A stretch of DNA of 60,631 nt, the filler included, from Hausera hauseri (Eukaryota), in the NCBI GenBank assembly GCA_046269625.1. It is 11 parts of 11 records of this genome, joined end to end, with 100 filler letters (N's around TTAATTAATTAA, not from the genome) between each part and the next. Parts side by side here need not be neighbours in the genome. Positions count along the whole stretch, not along the records: positions 10,281 to 15,304 come from JBJURY010358487.1; positions 15,405 to 21,535 come from JBJURY010136095.1; positions 21,636 to 26,790 come from JBJURY010319716.1; 8 more parts are not named here. One strand, given 5' to 3'. The translations under genes and the position numbers were made by a program. This document shows, one piece after another, positions 13,195-24,600 of this stretch. Positions within the stretch are counted from its first letter, which is position 1; the number at the start of each line of letters is the position of its first letter. Under the pieces are notes generated by a model, which made no database searches, was not told the DNA's origin, and was given only the letters and a program-made list of their open reading frames with translations.

Positions 13195-14605
13195 TTATAA
13201 AGGAATATGAATGAATTTGTCTGATGTTGTACTTTTATATCTTATTGACTCTGGCTCGTAGATTTCTCCATCGATGGTTACTATTTCATCTGTCTGGAAG
13301 TTCCTTTTCCTGCCAGAGGTTGGTGCTATTCGCACCTGTTCGGAAGCCGAAGTCTGTGTGATGATTTCATCAGTCCATTTCAGTTGTTTATATATGGCCT
13401 GGTAACATTGTACCAAGGCTGTACTTCGTCGTGGCATTCCACGAGTGTCGTAGAACTTCTTTGCCAACTCCCTTATAAGTACTGGTGGTTAATTGATACT
13501 TACGGATAGTCTCTTCGTGATAAAGGATATCACGAACTCCGGCTATCCGTCTGACTGGGCATTTGCAGTGATTGATCACCATCTGGAGTACGTTGGCTCC
13601 TATTATAATTTTATCAGTAAAAACTTCAGTGATTTTCCGATTAAATTTGTTCGTGTACAATTGGTTATTTATGTTGGATTCAGCCAGACCCGTGAGATGG
13701 GTGTCAAAATTGTTAATTCTTTGTCGTGGGGAAATGACGCTGTAGAAGAGTGTCTGTCCGTTTAACGTTATAACTGAGCATTCGATCTGTTGCATTTGAT
13801 TCCACTGGTCATAAGCTAAGTTAACGGCAGCTATGACCAGGTCTTCGTTTGTAATGTTTTGCATTCTTCTATAAGGAATCGTTTTGTATCGTACGTAATC
13901 AGGTTCTGGAAGGTGGAAGCATTTTCCTTCTGGGATCAACGGTTGAAAATTCTCGTGTTTGATTATTTCGAACGCAATCATTATACGGTTGGAAAGAGAC
14001 CGAATTTTTAGAATGTTGTCTTTTATGAATCGATACTCGAAGGCTAAGGCATGGTCGGGATCTATATTGATCAAATCTGCTTGTATGGAAGTTTTACGAC
14101 TTGTGATCTTTGTGTGAAATTTGCCGGCTACATTGTATATATTCATGGAATGGAATCTTTCTGCTAAGATTATCAGATCTTGGTGGTGGAAAGAAGTCGC
14201 CTTCGTTAATTGAATTAGGGCGAGAGATCTATTGCCCATACTGTATCCTTTGAGGTTGTTGGGAATTTGTGGTGTTTGGGGATAGTTCAAACTGTAGGTG
14301 TAATCATTGTTAGTCACATAATATTGATTGGTTGGGATAGCATTGATAAGATGCGTTTTCGCATTTGTAAACCAATGTTTTGATCGGGAGATTGATTGAA
14401 TTTGATGAGCTATCAAGGTTGATACTATAAAGAGAAATGTCAATCGCAAGTTAATATAGATATCTACACACAACACAACGGTTATCAGACACACAGTGGT
14501 AATCGTTATAGTTTTATAATTTAATTTATCATTATAGGTAACCTGATGACTAATGGTTATCTCTATTAAAAGGGTTGCATGAATAGCAATCCCTAGGCTC
14601 CACCG
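13195..14605 (-). CDS. Accessory ORF: IPNNLKG domain plus degenerate REX4/ISG20-like DEDDh exonuclease (one frameshift near 13470)
   Basis: CSVITLNGQTLFYSVISPRQRINNFDTHLTGL..ITEVFTDKIIIG..VRDI..KELAKKF..AIYKQL follows the REX4/ISG20 pattern. The ExoI DxE is replaced (VIAAVNL). Confidence 0.75.
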
Positions 14606-15304
14606 TCAGATGGGATTAGTAGTGGCTAACGGGTTCGTTAGCTCGCGTAAGTTGATTGGTTCCAAGCTTTGTTTCTTTTTGCGTCGTTGTTGTTGTATCA
14701 CCTTGACTAATATCACTGCTATTATCACTACCACTATAGGGGTTATTGAACATATTATGATTATTTCTAGGCGGGAATGCTTATATCCTGTTCCTAATGG
14801 CTTATTAGTTGTTTTATTTTTAACGGTATTTAATCTGTATGTTGATTCCACTCTGTTACCTTTTGTGATTGCGGACATTACTTTTGTAGAGTTTATTTTA
14901 TCGCGGGTATCTAATAATTGTAGCATAATCGTATATTTCGTATCAGTCTCTAAAGCCGCACACGGCACTATCAGATCATCAGGAGTTATAACTCCTTTTG
15001 CTACTATGGTGTCTTGTTTTTTACAAGTAAATTTAATTTTTACGAAGTCAAAGTCTGGCTTAACAGAGATGATTAGTGCCGTGGGAGCTGCTATGATAGT
15101 TACGTTATCCCATATGGAACGTTTTTGACGGTAGTAAGAAGCGTAAGGCTTAATTAGAACAGTCATCTCTTTATTATCAGCTGAGAGTTGCATAGGTGTT
15201 GCCGTGGTCCCTTCTCGTGTATCATCGTACTCTTTTTGATTCTTATATCGTATAAACATTGTCGGTCCTGTTCTATGCCTTTTATTTTTAAGCTTTCCGT
15301 GTTC
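14606..15304 (-). CDS. Type I membrane protein with FN3-like domain (element C), N-terminus cut by contig end
   Basis: CAALETDTKYTIMLQ; TM IIIICSITPIVVVIIAVILVKVI followed by RRKKK. Same position and architecture as in A and D. Confidence 0.75.
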   Translation of the reverse strand, partial: EHGKLKNKRHRTGPTMFIRYKNQKEYDDTREGTTATPMQLSADNKEMTVLIKPYASYYRQKRSIWDNVTIIAAPTALIISVKPDFDFVKIKFTCKKQDTIVAKGVITPDDLIVPCAALETDTKYTIMLQLLDTRDKINSTKVMSAITKGNRVESTYRLNTVKNKTTNKPLGTGYKHSRLEIIIICSITPIVVVIIAVILVKVIQQQRRKKKQSLEPINLRELTNPLATTNPI

Positions 15305-15669
15305 NNNNNNNNNNNNNNNNNNNNNNNNNNNNNNNNNNNNNNNNNNNNTTAATTAATTAANNNNNNNNNNNNNNNNNNNNNNNNNNNNNNNNNNNNNNNN
15401 NNNNACAAATGTCTGGTGACTTTCCGCACGCATCGCGTGACCAATCACGTGTCGCACGTGACGCGTAGGCGGATCACGTGATGCGTGGGTGGACCCCCCC
15501 TTGTCCCAGACTCCTCTTTTTTCCCCTACTCACATATTTATATATGGGGCCTTATATCCCAATTTTTATACTCTCGTTAATCCAATTTATTGTTGTTGGT
15601 GCGCTAATCGCGGGTATGTAGTTTAATTAACTCTCGGCTGAAGTATAGTCTAGCGAGATACAAACTGTT

Positions 15670-15684
15670 CTGCTAGGGTCGCCA
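15670..15684 (-). promoter_or_regulatory. Primer binding site (tRNA-Arg-like)
   Basis: TGGCGACCCTAGCAG begins 2 nt after the LTR end TAACA and is complementary to a tRNA 3' end ..GGGUCG-CCA. Confidence 0.75.
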
Positions 15685-15686
15685 AA

Positions 15687-16464
15687 TGTTATATTTTGGG
15701 ATGGGCCCTAATCGTCTCCCGCTATATAACAATAAGTTAATACAAATTTAATTTATAGCAGGTACGGTTTACCGTTCTCGGTAAATTAGGATGTACCTTT
15801 TAGTTTTATAACGTTAACGAATGCAGGTACTGCGTGCAATGTGCGTGAAACAATTTACTTCAAATCTCTCCTATCTATATAATTTACGTCAGAAGTTTGG
15901 TTCTTAATGTAGTCATAATTGATCTTAAGGATCGATGAGAAACTATATAGGAAATTAAGTCAAATTCAACGAATAAAAATATAATTGATACCAATAGTAA
16001 TAATACTGATTGATCCTTGTGATCACTGACTGTTAACCTCGAGAAGTCTCTTCAAAATTTCGGTATCGCAACGTCTTCAACTTGTCAAATTAACACGTCT
16101 GCAATTTCTTCGTGACGTTTGGCACAGGATTCTAACTCCGAAGTTTCTCCGAAAATTTTCCTGAAAGTTCTGATTTATTCTAAAATTCGTTCGCTATATA
16201 TACTGGTAGTTTCCGATGATTACATCATTTTCACTTATTATTTACATATTAAATTTCATTATTTCAATTATCTAATATTGTAATCGATTACTATTCATTC
16301 CTTCAGATTTTCCTAATTCCAGATATGCCGAAAATTTCACATAAATCATTAAGATTTCGAATTAAATAACAAATAACATTTACATTAATATTCTGAACTA
16401 ATTTATTACAGTACACCTAATAACTACTATCGTAATATACTTCTATTATGTATATTCCCTAATA
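15687..16464 (-). repeat. LTR (~778 bp)
   Basis: TATTA (for TGTTA)...TAACA termini, bracketed by PPT and PBS; TATATATAG at ~16195-16203 and AATAAA at ~16175. Confidence 0.78.
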
Positions 16465-16476
16465 TTTCTCCTCCCT
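16465..16476 (-). promoter_or_regulatory. Polypurine tract
   Basis: AGGGAGGAGAAA lies directly before the LTR, ~50 nt after the RING ORF stop. Confidence 0.78.
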
Positions 16477-16524
16477 GAGCGACACCTCGTATGTGCCTAT
16501 TGTGTCAGGATAGGTGGCGCCTAA

Positions 16525-17061
16525 TTAATGCCGACGCAGTAGTTCCAGTCTACTCCGGAGTCTACTGTCATCGACTGGATTCGCCTCCAGCATATACTTA
16601 GTGCTGGGTTGGTTCTGGATGGGAAGAGATCTATTACATTCACCATTCGAGAAGTACTTTAAACCATTTGCCTCGGCTCGACATACGGGGCATGTAGTTT
16701 TCCCATTATCCAAAGTCCACGTCTCAAGACATGTACGACAATATTTGTGCCGGCATTCTTGATTATCCAATTTGACGTATTCCTACCATATACTTTCCTT
16801 ACAGACTAGGCAAATGTCTTCATCTTCATTCGTGTTTTCATCATCCAGGTCTATTTTAGGTATAATTCGGATTCTCTCAAGTACTAGTCCGTCTTGATCG
16901 GAATACAGATAAGCATATAGATCCTTTAGTTGGATGTTGATTGAGCTTTTTCTAGGGTCGTAATTCACGAGGACCAATGTCCAATCCATAATGGTTTCAT
17001 TGTCTAAATCAGAGTTCTCACCTTTCTTTTGGTATGTCTCGTATTGCTTTTTAAACATCAA
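16525..17061 (-). pseudogene. C3HC4 RING-finger (E3 ligase-like) domain carried by the element
   Basis: ORFs 16783-17061 and 16525-16770 are in one frame across a single TAG: ICLVCKESIW*EYVKLDNQECRHKYCRTCLETWTLDNGKTTCPVCR. Confidence 0.88.
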
Positions 17062-18809
17062 TTTGATTTGATTGTTTACAGAGACAGATAACTTACCAGT
17101 TCTTTTTTATTTAAATATGGGAGCTAGGTATTTCACTATCTCGGAATTCTCCCAAGCATATGCTCCATCTGGGATTTCTCGTATTTTAGCACTTTTACGT
17201 AAAATATCGCTTTCTTTATCTTCTGATGACTGCAATACTCAGCGATCACCAGTAACCTGGGAAAATCTTTATTTGTCGAAAAGTGGACGTTTTTCTCCGA
17301 TCTTTTCTTTTTTAAAACATATCTGTGAAGACTATGTCATTTTCGGATTTCCTACTTGGGGTTTGGGTTCTAATCTTCCTTGTTTTTTCTTCAGAATGTA
17401 TCGCCTCCGTTCTATTCGGGGTTTTTGTGTTTTCAGATCCCTTTTCTGTTGTTTTTATTTCGTTTCGGATCTCTGTCCTTTCGGGGTTCTGTTTTATTTC
17501 AATTATTTTCCGCTTATTTTTTCCCCTATTTTTCTTTTTGAAAAGGTAATTTCCTTTTTCCAGTGAACAATGTAGTGTCTATTTTACCCTCTTTATTCTT
17601 TTCCGTGGCTTTAGGTACTTTAAACGTTTCTTGATTTTTGTTTTTGTGTTTTGTTGAGTCTAAATTGCAATTTCGACTGGTACTGAGTTTATTTTCTATT
17701 CCTCTTGTCGCTGTGACGGCTTCTGATTCGGTCTTCAGAATAGTAACTTGATAACCATCTCCTGGTATTGGTTCGACAGTTCTAATGGGGGTATAAGGCC
17801 TTAAATGCCTTCTGTGCTTGGAACTTAATCCTTCTTGATTGGTCGAACTTCGTAAATTTTGTCCAGGGTTGTCAGGAGCCAATTCATGCTCTCACTTAAG
17901 TCCTGCATATATGTTTCGTAAGTATTGTGAGCGTTGGCTTACCGTCAGCAGTCGGCTTATCCGAACATGTTCTCCGTTCATTGCTTCTAACATAAACTTA
18001 AATCGACCTTCTACGGTCAGTGGTAGATAGCCATTTCTTCTTCGATCAGTTTGCTTTATCTGTTCCATTACTACAGGATGAATCTCTATTTCCCATAGTT
18101 TACGAATATGATCCTCGGATTCCTATCATCCTGTACTAATCGAAAAGAGTGTAGGTGATCATCTCGATCCTTTTCGGTAGGTTGTTGAATGAACCGTAAG
18201 GGTGGTATTTGAATAAATGGTGCGTTTTCGTAGCATACTTCGATCATGAGTTTAACTGGTAATGCGGCAACTCGGAATTCTATTTCACACTTAGTGGTGG
18301 AAGTCCCCACTGTTGATTAGGAAGGTACTATATCGGTGTTGACGCCCTTGGGAAAAATCCCAGGCTTGTTCCTTCAATCTATATTAAATCTCTCCATCCA
18401 CCAAATGAATAAATGTATTCTGGTGGTAGACCGGTTCATATTGTACCAACTATCGTAACGCATATGCTCATGCGTCCTTGTCTTCTCTCATCGCGTACAA
18501 TCGCGCTACCCTATTTTCTTCCGCAGTTCCTTTCAAATTGTTTGGGATCTCGCTGGTTTGTTTATACTCTATAAAATTCTTTCCTTGTAATTTATTGTTA
18601 ATTTGCCGAAATATTGATTTGGACTGAGGGATTAGTACTGTTGCACAGTTCTGTAAGAAATCGTTAATACTACGTCGAGTTTTTCCTGGATTCATCTGAG
18701 TACTTACCATTCTAAAAGATAAACAATAAGGGTTAATCTTATGACAAAGTATGGTTTTGAACCAAAACCAATTCTTTGTTAAATGATAGAATAACCCGAT
18801 CTGTAATAG
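17062..18809 (-). pseudogene. Accessory ORF (IPNNLKG domain plus Lys-rich linker) upstream of the RING
   Basis: Fragmented ORFs 18468-18710, 18086-18310 and 17526-17882; N-terminal homology to A and C. Confidence 0.6.
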
Positions 18810-20160
18810 TCAGGTTATTTTATCATAAACGTATTCTTGGTGTTCCAATACTCTTAATTCCCGTTCTATGATTTTAGGGCGCTTAGTTTGGTAATTTATG
18901 GTAACTAATCGAAATATAGCGATATATAATATCAGCACAAGCGTTGACAGGCTTACGATCATTACTATGGGTAATGTAGTTAACTCTTCGGGTTTTGTAG
19001 TCGTTATCTCTGTAGTGATTTCCTGTCTTGTGTTTTTGTTTGCATGTGGTGCTATTTGTATTTCTTCTAGGATTTGTACTTCGAAGGTTCGGCTCTGTAG
19101 GTCTTTTTCATGCATTTGTATTATGTATTCTGTCTTTGGTACTAATGAGTTGCATTCGGTGTGGTATGTGCCTTTCAATAAAGTTTTTATATTCTTATAC
19201 CTCGTGCGGCAATTTATTTCGACATTATAGTTGAGCTTCTCTTCCACCGAAAATATTATTTTGCGTTGCTGTGTCCAGCACTTTACAGGGATCTTAAGTA
19301 ATTTCTTTTTGTTCATCTTCTTTGTCGTAGTAAGCCTAACAGTAGTGCTTACTGGGACAGTCCGTCTCGTCGTCGTTGTTTCAGTCGCAATTTTCCAGAT
19401 TCTACTGTCCGGATAATATCTTCCTAAATAAGGGCTCGATTTATTTATTTGAATTCCATAGAGGTCAATATGAATCCTATATTTATAACCTTCTGAGATT
19501 TTACAACAGATCCTAAGATCTTTGTTCTTGATGCTACAGTAATTGGGAGTTGGACTTAACTCGTTTATTTTAGTAAATTGCATTGAGATCTGGTTGTTTG
19601 GCAATCTTGCCTTTGTATCTATTTGAATACACTTGTTTTTCTTATCTTCGGAAATATCAACTATGTTTTCATTCAATGCCCATTTAATGGGGTCGGTTGA
19701 CTGTACTGTCACCGAACTCCGTTGCATTGATCTGTTCTTTGACGGGTATTACTAGTTTTACTTGCGGTCTTATCGCTCCTTGGGTGCGTTCGTAGTTTTT
19801 ATAGTACATTCGTATTGTGAAGGTATACGTTTTTCCATAATTTATGACTCAACATCTTTCTCGAGCTCCATACGGAAAATCGCAATGGGTCATTACTCGT
19901 TTATTTCTGTTCCATAGAACTTCTTGGTATTTCACTGATTTTCTCACGGTTCCGTCCGTCTTAAATAGCACACAGTCCCATCTTGGATCTATACTTTGGA
20001 CCTCGAATTGATCTAAGGTGCTTAAGTCATTTCTTTTTGTTCTTATCAATTCATCCTTCATCCATTTGTTTAGTTATTGAATCAATCCTCCTTGTGCCTT
20101 GGTTTTTGGAATATATGAAGCTATCAATGATAGTGCTAAGACTATCTGTATGTAAGACAT
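18810..20160 (-). CDS. Post-integrase type I membrane glycoprotein (signal peptide, ectodomain, Thr-rich stalk, FN3-like domain, TM, Tyr tail); 5' part disrupted
   Basis: MSYIQIVLALSLIASYIPKTKAQ; 305-aa ORF with TETTTTRRTVPVSTT, CNSLVPKTEYIIQM, TM LPIVMIVSLSTLVLILYIAIF and tail EYVYDKI. Confidence 0.82.
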
Positions 20161-21535
20161 GTGTCTGGTAAGTATAGACGAGGTCTTGGCTTTCCTGTGT
20201 TTCGTTTTCTTGTTCGCTTTTGTATCTTTTACACGTAATTGATGTCGTTTACTTGGTCTTATCTCTGTTTTCACCACTCGCTGTATTGACACGACGTCTT
20301 CCGTTTTTATTAATCTAAACTGCAGTGGGTGTTATTCTGATAACTTCGTATGGTCCTCTTCCAGTACGCGTGAGTTTTAACGATGTGCCCTTTTTAGCTA
20401 CGGAGTAATGCACATAGATCCTATCTCCGATTTTTAAATCGTGCGGTTTCGTCTTGTCGTATTGTTTTTTAAATCCTTGGTATTCCATGGAGAGCGTCTT
20501 CGCTACCTCCCAACATTTTTGCAGCCTAACCTGTAAAACGTCTACAAAATTTGGTTCTAGTTCCTCGAGAATTGCTTCATACAGAATAATTCCTAAGTCC
20601 GTAGGTAATGCTGCTTCTCGACCATACATCATGAAGAATGGTGTAAATCCCGACGCGGGGTGTGGTGTTGTATTGATGGCAAACTGTGTACCCTCTAAGA
20701 ATTCGTCCCAATCCTTTTGATCTTTCGCGACTACGGTTGACAATATTCGTATTACAGTAGCATTCATACGCTCAACCATTCCATTACATTGGGGATGATA
20801 AGCTGTCATAGTTAACCCCTCGATTTCGAATATTTTCGTAATTTTATCGAATAGTTCGCTGGTGAAGTTTCTCCCTCGATTAGTTAGTATTTTATCGGGC
20901 GGTCCGTATCTACAGATAATTTTCCTTACCACGGCTTCGGCTAATGTTTCTGCTCTTTGATCATATAGCGCTATTAACTCTACAAAGTGAGTTAAACTAT
21001 CGACGCATGTTAGTATATATTTGTTATTCTTGTGCGCCGTAGGTAGTGATCTTAAAATGTCGATTGACATGGTTTGCATTGGCCTGTCCGGTACAGCTAT
21101 TGGTTTCAACTCTGTCATGTAATTTCGCATTTTTTTCTGTTTAGTTGCACATACTTCGCAAGGGTTTACCCAATTATTCACATTAATATATGTACTAAGC
21201 CAATAGTATTTGTTTACCGCTCTATCTAGCGTCTTCTTCCAAGACATGTATCCTGCTAAATACAAATCGTGTTCGGCCATTAACACTTCAGTTCGCAAAA
21301 TTTTGGGTATAACTACTAACTTTCTTCCTTTTCGTTTATAATACAAAAACTTTTTCACTGTCTTTGTTCTCTGAGACATAATATTTATGCCCATGTCGTT
21401 GTAAATGTTTCTTTAACTGGTGCCCTTTTGGTAACACGTCTATTTCGGCATATTCAATGATTTGTTGGATAACTCGATCCTTCTTTTGTTCGTTTGAAAT
21501 TTTGATTGCTCCGTCTGACACTAAAGTTCGTTGTC
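20161..21535 (-). pseudogene. pol: Gypsy integrase
   Basis: CEVC, SIDIL, LTNRGRNF, TAYHPQCNGMVERMN, GRGPY. Confidence 0.95.
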
Positions 21536-21635
21536 NNNNNNNNNNNNNNNNNNNNNNNNNNNNNNNNNNNNNNNNNNNNTTAATTAATTAANNNNNNNNN
21601 NNNNNNNNNNNNNNNNNNNNNNNNNNNNNNNNNNN

Positions 21636-24600
21636 AGCTAATAAGGGTGATAAAGAAGATGAGTCAAGCAAAAAAGACGATGCAATTGAAGGTGATGAAA
21701 CAGTCGATATAGGTAATGGAGGTGAAAAGGGTGGTGGAGATTTTCAGAAGGAGGGAGGTGAGACGGAAGGTGACGATTTAGTGTGACAGAAAAAGATAGC
21801 TGCAACAGCACAAAATCATGGAGAAAGTTTGAGGATAGACTAGAAGCAATAGGAGTTGAATTTGAATTGGAGGTAGAATTGGCATCTAGATTGTCATCAA
21901 TAAAGAAAGCGGGTTTCAGGTTCAAGATGTGGACTTTGTAAGGTTTATCTTGGCGTAAAGTGATAGCTTTATAAGCTGAGGGAATCAGCAGTCTGTATGG
22001 GCCAACATATTTAGGTCTAAAACCCGAAGGCAATTGGTTCTTCAACCACACAAACTTGGCGAAGTATAAATCCTTCGGAATATACGATTTGTTATTGTTA
22101 AAGGGACGACATAACGAGTCTAAGCTGACCTCGACAAAGTGAGATTGTGCTGCCCGATTGTTTTCGTCTATAGGATTGTCGTCGAAATCAGAAAGTTCAA
22201 ATAAAGCTCGAATTGGAGTCGCCAAGAGTGCCTCGGCGGAAGCACATCCGGTAGTGGTTGAGGGTGTGTTGCTTCACTCTAGTAGAACAAGTGATAGAAT
22301 AGACGTCCAATTACAATTATTGTCAGCTAAGATTTTTAAAGAACTTTTCATTGTTCGATGGAACCTTTCAAGGAGACCATTCGCTTGAAGATGATATGGG
22401 TTGTATGGAAATGGGATATCCCCAAGAGTTTAGCAAGTAATTTGAAGAGTTCCGACTCAAATTGCGGACCTTGATCCGTTATTATATAACGTGGGGAACC
22501 AAAACGACTGATCCAGATTTTTATAAAGCCGTCGGCTACTTAATAGGTGTTTGTTTAACAAAAAGGAACGGCTTCTGGCCAGCGAGAAGCACGATCCATC
22601 ATAGTAAGGATTTATTGATATCCTTTATCAAAAGATAAAGGACCAACAAAATCAAGATGAACCGTATGAAAACGTGATGTACAGGGAAAATGGTAAAGCG
22701 GCGGTTTAAGTTGTTCGTTGATTCAATATTTTTGACAGGCTACGCATTCCTTAGCCCAGTTATGTACATCTTTGCGCGTTGATGGTCAAACTACATGACG
22801 TTGAAGCAGGCGAAAGGTTGCTTTCGAACCCGGATGATTAAATGAATGCGTATGAAGGAAGGCTGGCTTTTTTCAAAGTGGAGTTAAGATGATCTTTTTA
22901 TTACCGGAATTCGACGTATTAAGAGCAATACCATCAAGCTAAGGAAGTCAGCAGACGGTTGATTGGCCTTTAAGACTTCGGATGAGAAAATCGACTCAAC
23001 TGTAATAGAGCCGACCCACCTCGATAAAAAATCTGCTACCAAATTGTCTGTGCCTAGGATGCATTCTAAAACAAAACTGAATATAGGCAGGTATGATATA
23101 TGTCGCTCTTGCCTCGGTGATGGCTGTTTTAGCGACATAATATGCAGGAGAGGCATGTGATCAATTTGAATAACGAATGGACGAGAAAAGGAGGTGTTTG
23201 AGATGTTTTACTGCCAGAACTATTGCGAGTAACTCACGGTCAAATGTTGCGTAACGGCTTTCGGGTTGTGTGAGTTGCCTGGAGTAAAATTCTAATGGTT
23301 CGTCAACGCCGTTAGAGATCTGGTGTAGTATTTCAACGGTAGCTGTGGTACAGGCATCGGTAGTAAGTATAAGATCTGCGTTGGGCTTTGGATATTCTAG
23401 TATTTCGACGGTTTTTAGGCCTTCGCGTAGGTGATCGAATTTGGTGACTAAATTAGGAGTCCAGTGGATTAACTGCCTCTTTTTTCCAGATGATAGATGT
23501 GCGAAAGGTTCTGTAAGCTCACAACAATGCGGTACGTACTCGTGGATGAAGTGGCGTGTGCATCAGAAACTTCTCATATCCGTGGTAGTCGTTGGTAGCG
23601 TAGTCGATCCGGTTGTGGAGTGGTCGTGAGGAGTGATCGCGTTGCCTAGGAAATTAACACGTTTTGAAAGAAATGACATTTGGAGAAATTGACTTGCAAA
23701 TTGCTGTGATATAGTCTGTGAGAGATAATACGGAGGTGTTCTTGATGTTGTTTAACAGAGATAGAGGCAACTAATATGTCATCAATATATGGATGAGCAA
23801 AATCAAAGCCTGAGAACGATATCAGTGTCGCTGAAAGGTTTTGGAAGCGCTACGTAAACCAAATGGCATAAAGATATATTTATAGAGGCCAAATGGAGTA
23901 ATAACAGCAGTTTTTGGAATATTATCAGGTTCAACCGGAATTTCATGATAAGCTTTATGCAAATCAATTGTGGAATATGTATTAGCATTGGTTAGGCTAT
24001 GCAGGATGTCCTTTATGAGAGGTATAGAGTAAGCATCCAAGGCTGTTAGGTTGTTTAACTGCCGATAGTCGCCACATGGTCTGTAAGTGCCATGTTTCTT
24101 TGTTACTACATGCAATGGTGAAGACCATGGTGAGTTTGGTGCCAGCCTTTTCGAGTTCATTGAACTCTGATACAACTGATTTTTGCCTACGAGGTGACAG
24201 TAGTCTGACCTTTTGTCTGATAGGTCTTTGGTGTTCGGTGACTATGTAGTGATAAGTTGTAGAAGGCGGCTTGATGTTGACGTCATTTTTGAGTATGCCG
24301 AAACAAGAAGTTGTGATATAGGATTTGAGATTGGAATCCAGCGATGAGAATGATCGAGACATATCATCAGAAGCGTCAGTGGATGGTGTTGGCGAAGAAC
24401 AACCGTAAATGGCACCATCAACAATCCGTTTATTCGGTTGTTTTAAAGCCGACGTATATACGTTAGATGTAATGGAAGAAATGGGTAGATTACTAAATAT
24501 ACCGTTATTAGCCGACGAACAAGTTTTCAAATTCACACCCAAGTTAACAGTCGAAAACAACGGAGTTTCTACTGGGCTGTTTGGTAGATATTTGTTGGCA

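Larger units (their letters stand above)
15405..21535 (-). mobile_element. Large Gypsy element, copy D (IN to 3' LTR, then PBS and leader of a following unit)
   Basis: Integrase nearly identical in motifs to A/I/J, followed by accessory ORFs, PPT, LTR and PBS. Confidence 0.92.

Noticed and set aside
14610-15128. Antisense ORFs over element genes (also 18898-19230, 6501-6848, 20454-20720)
   Set aside because: They are mirror frames of better-supported ORFs and have no motifs.
17072-17566. Phe-rich plus-strand membrane protein
   Set aside because: Antisense shadow of the A-rich, Lys-rich minus-strand region.
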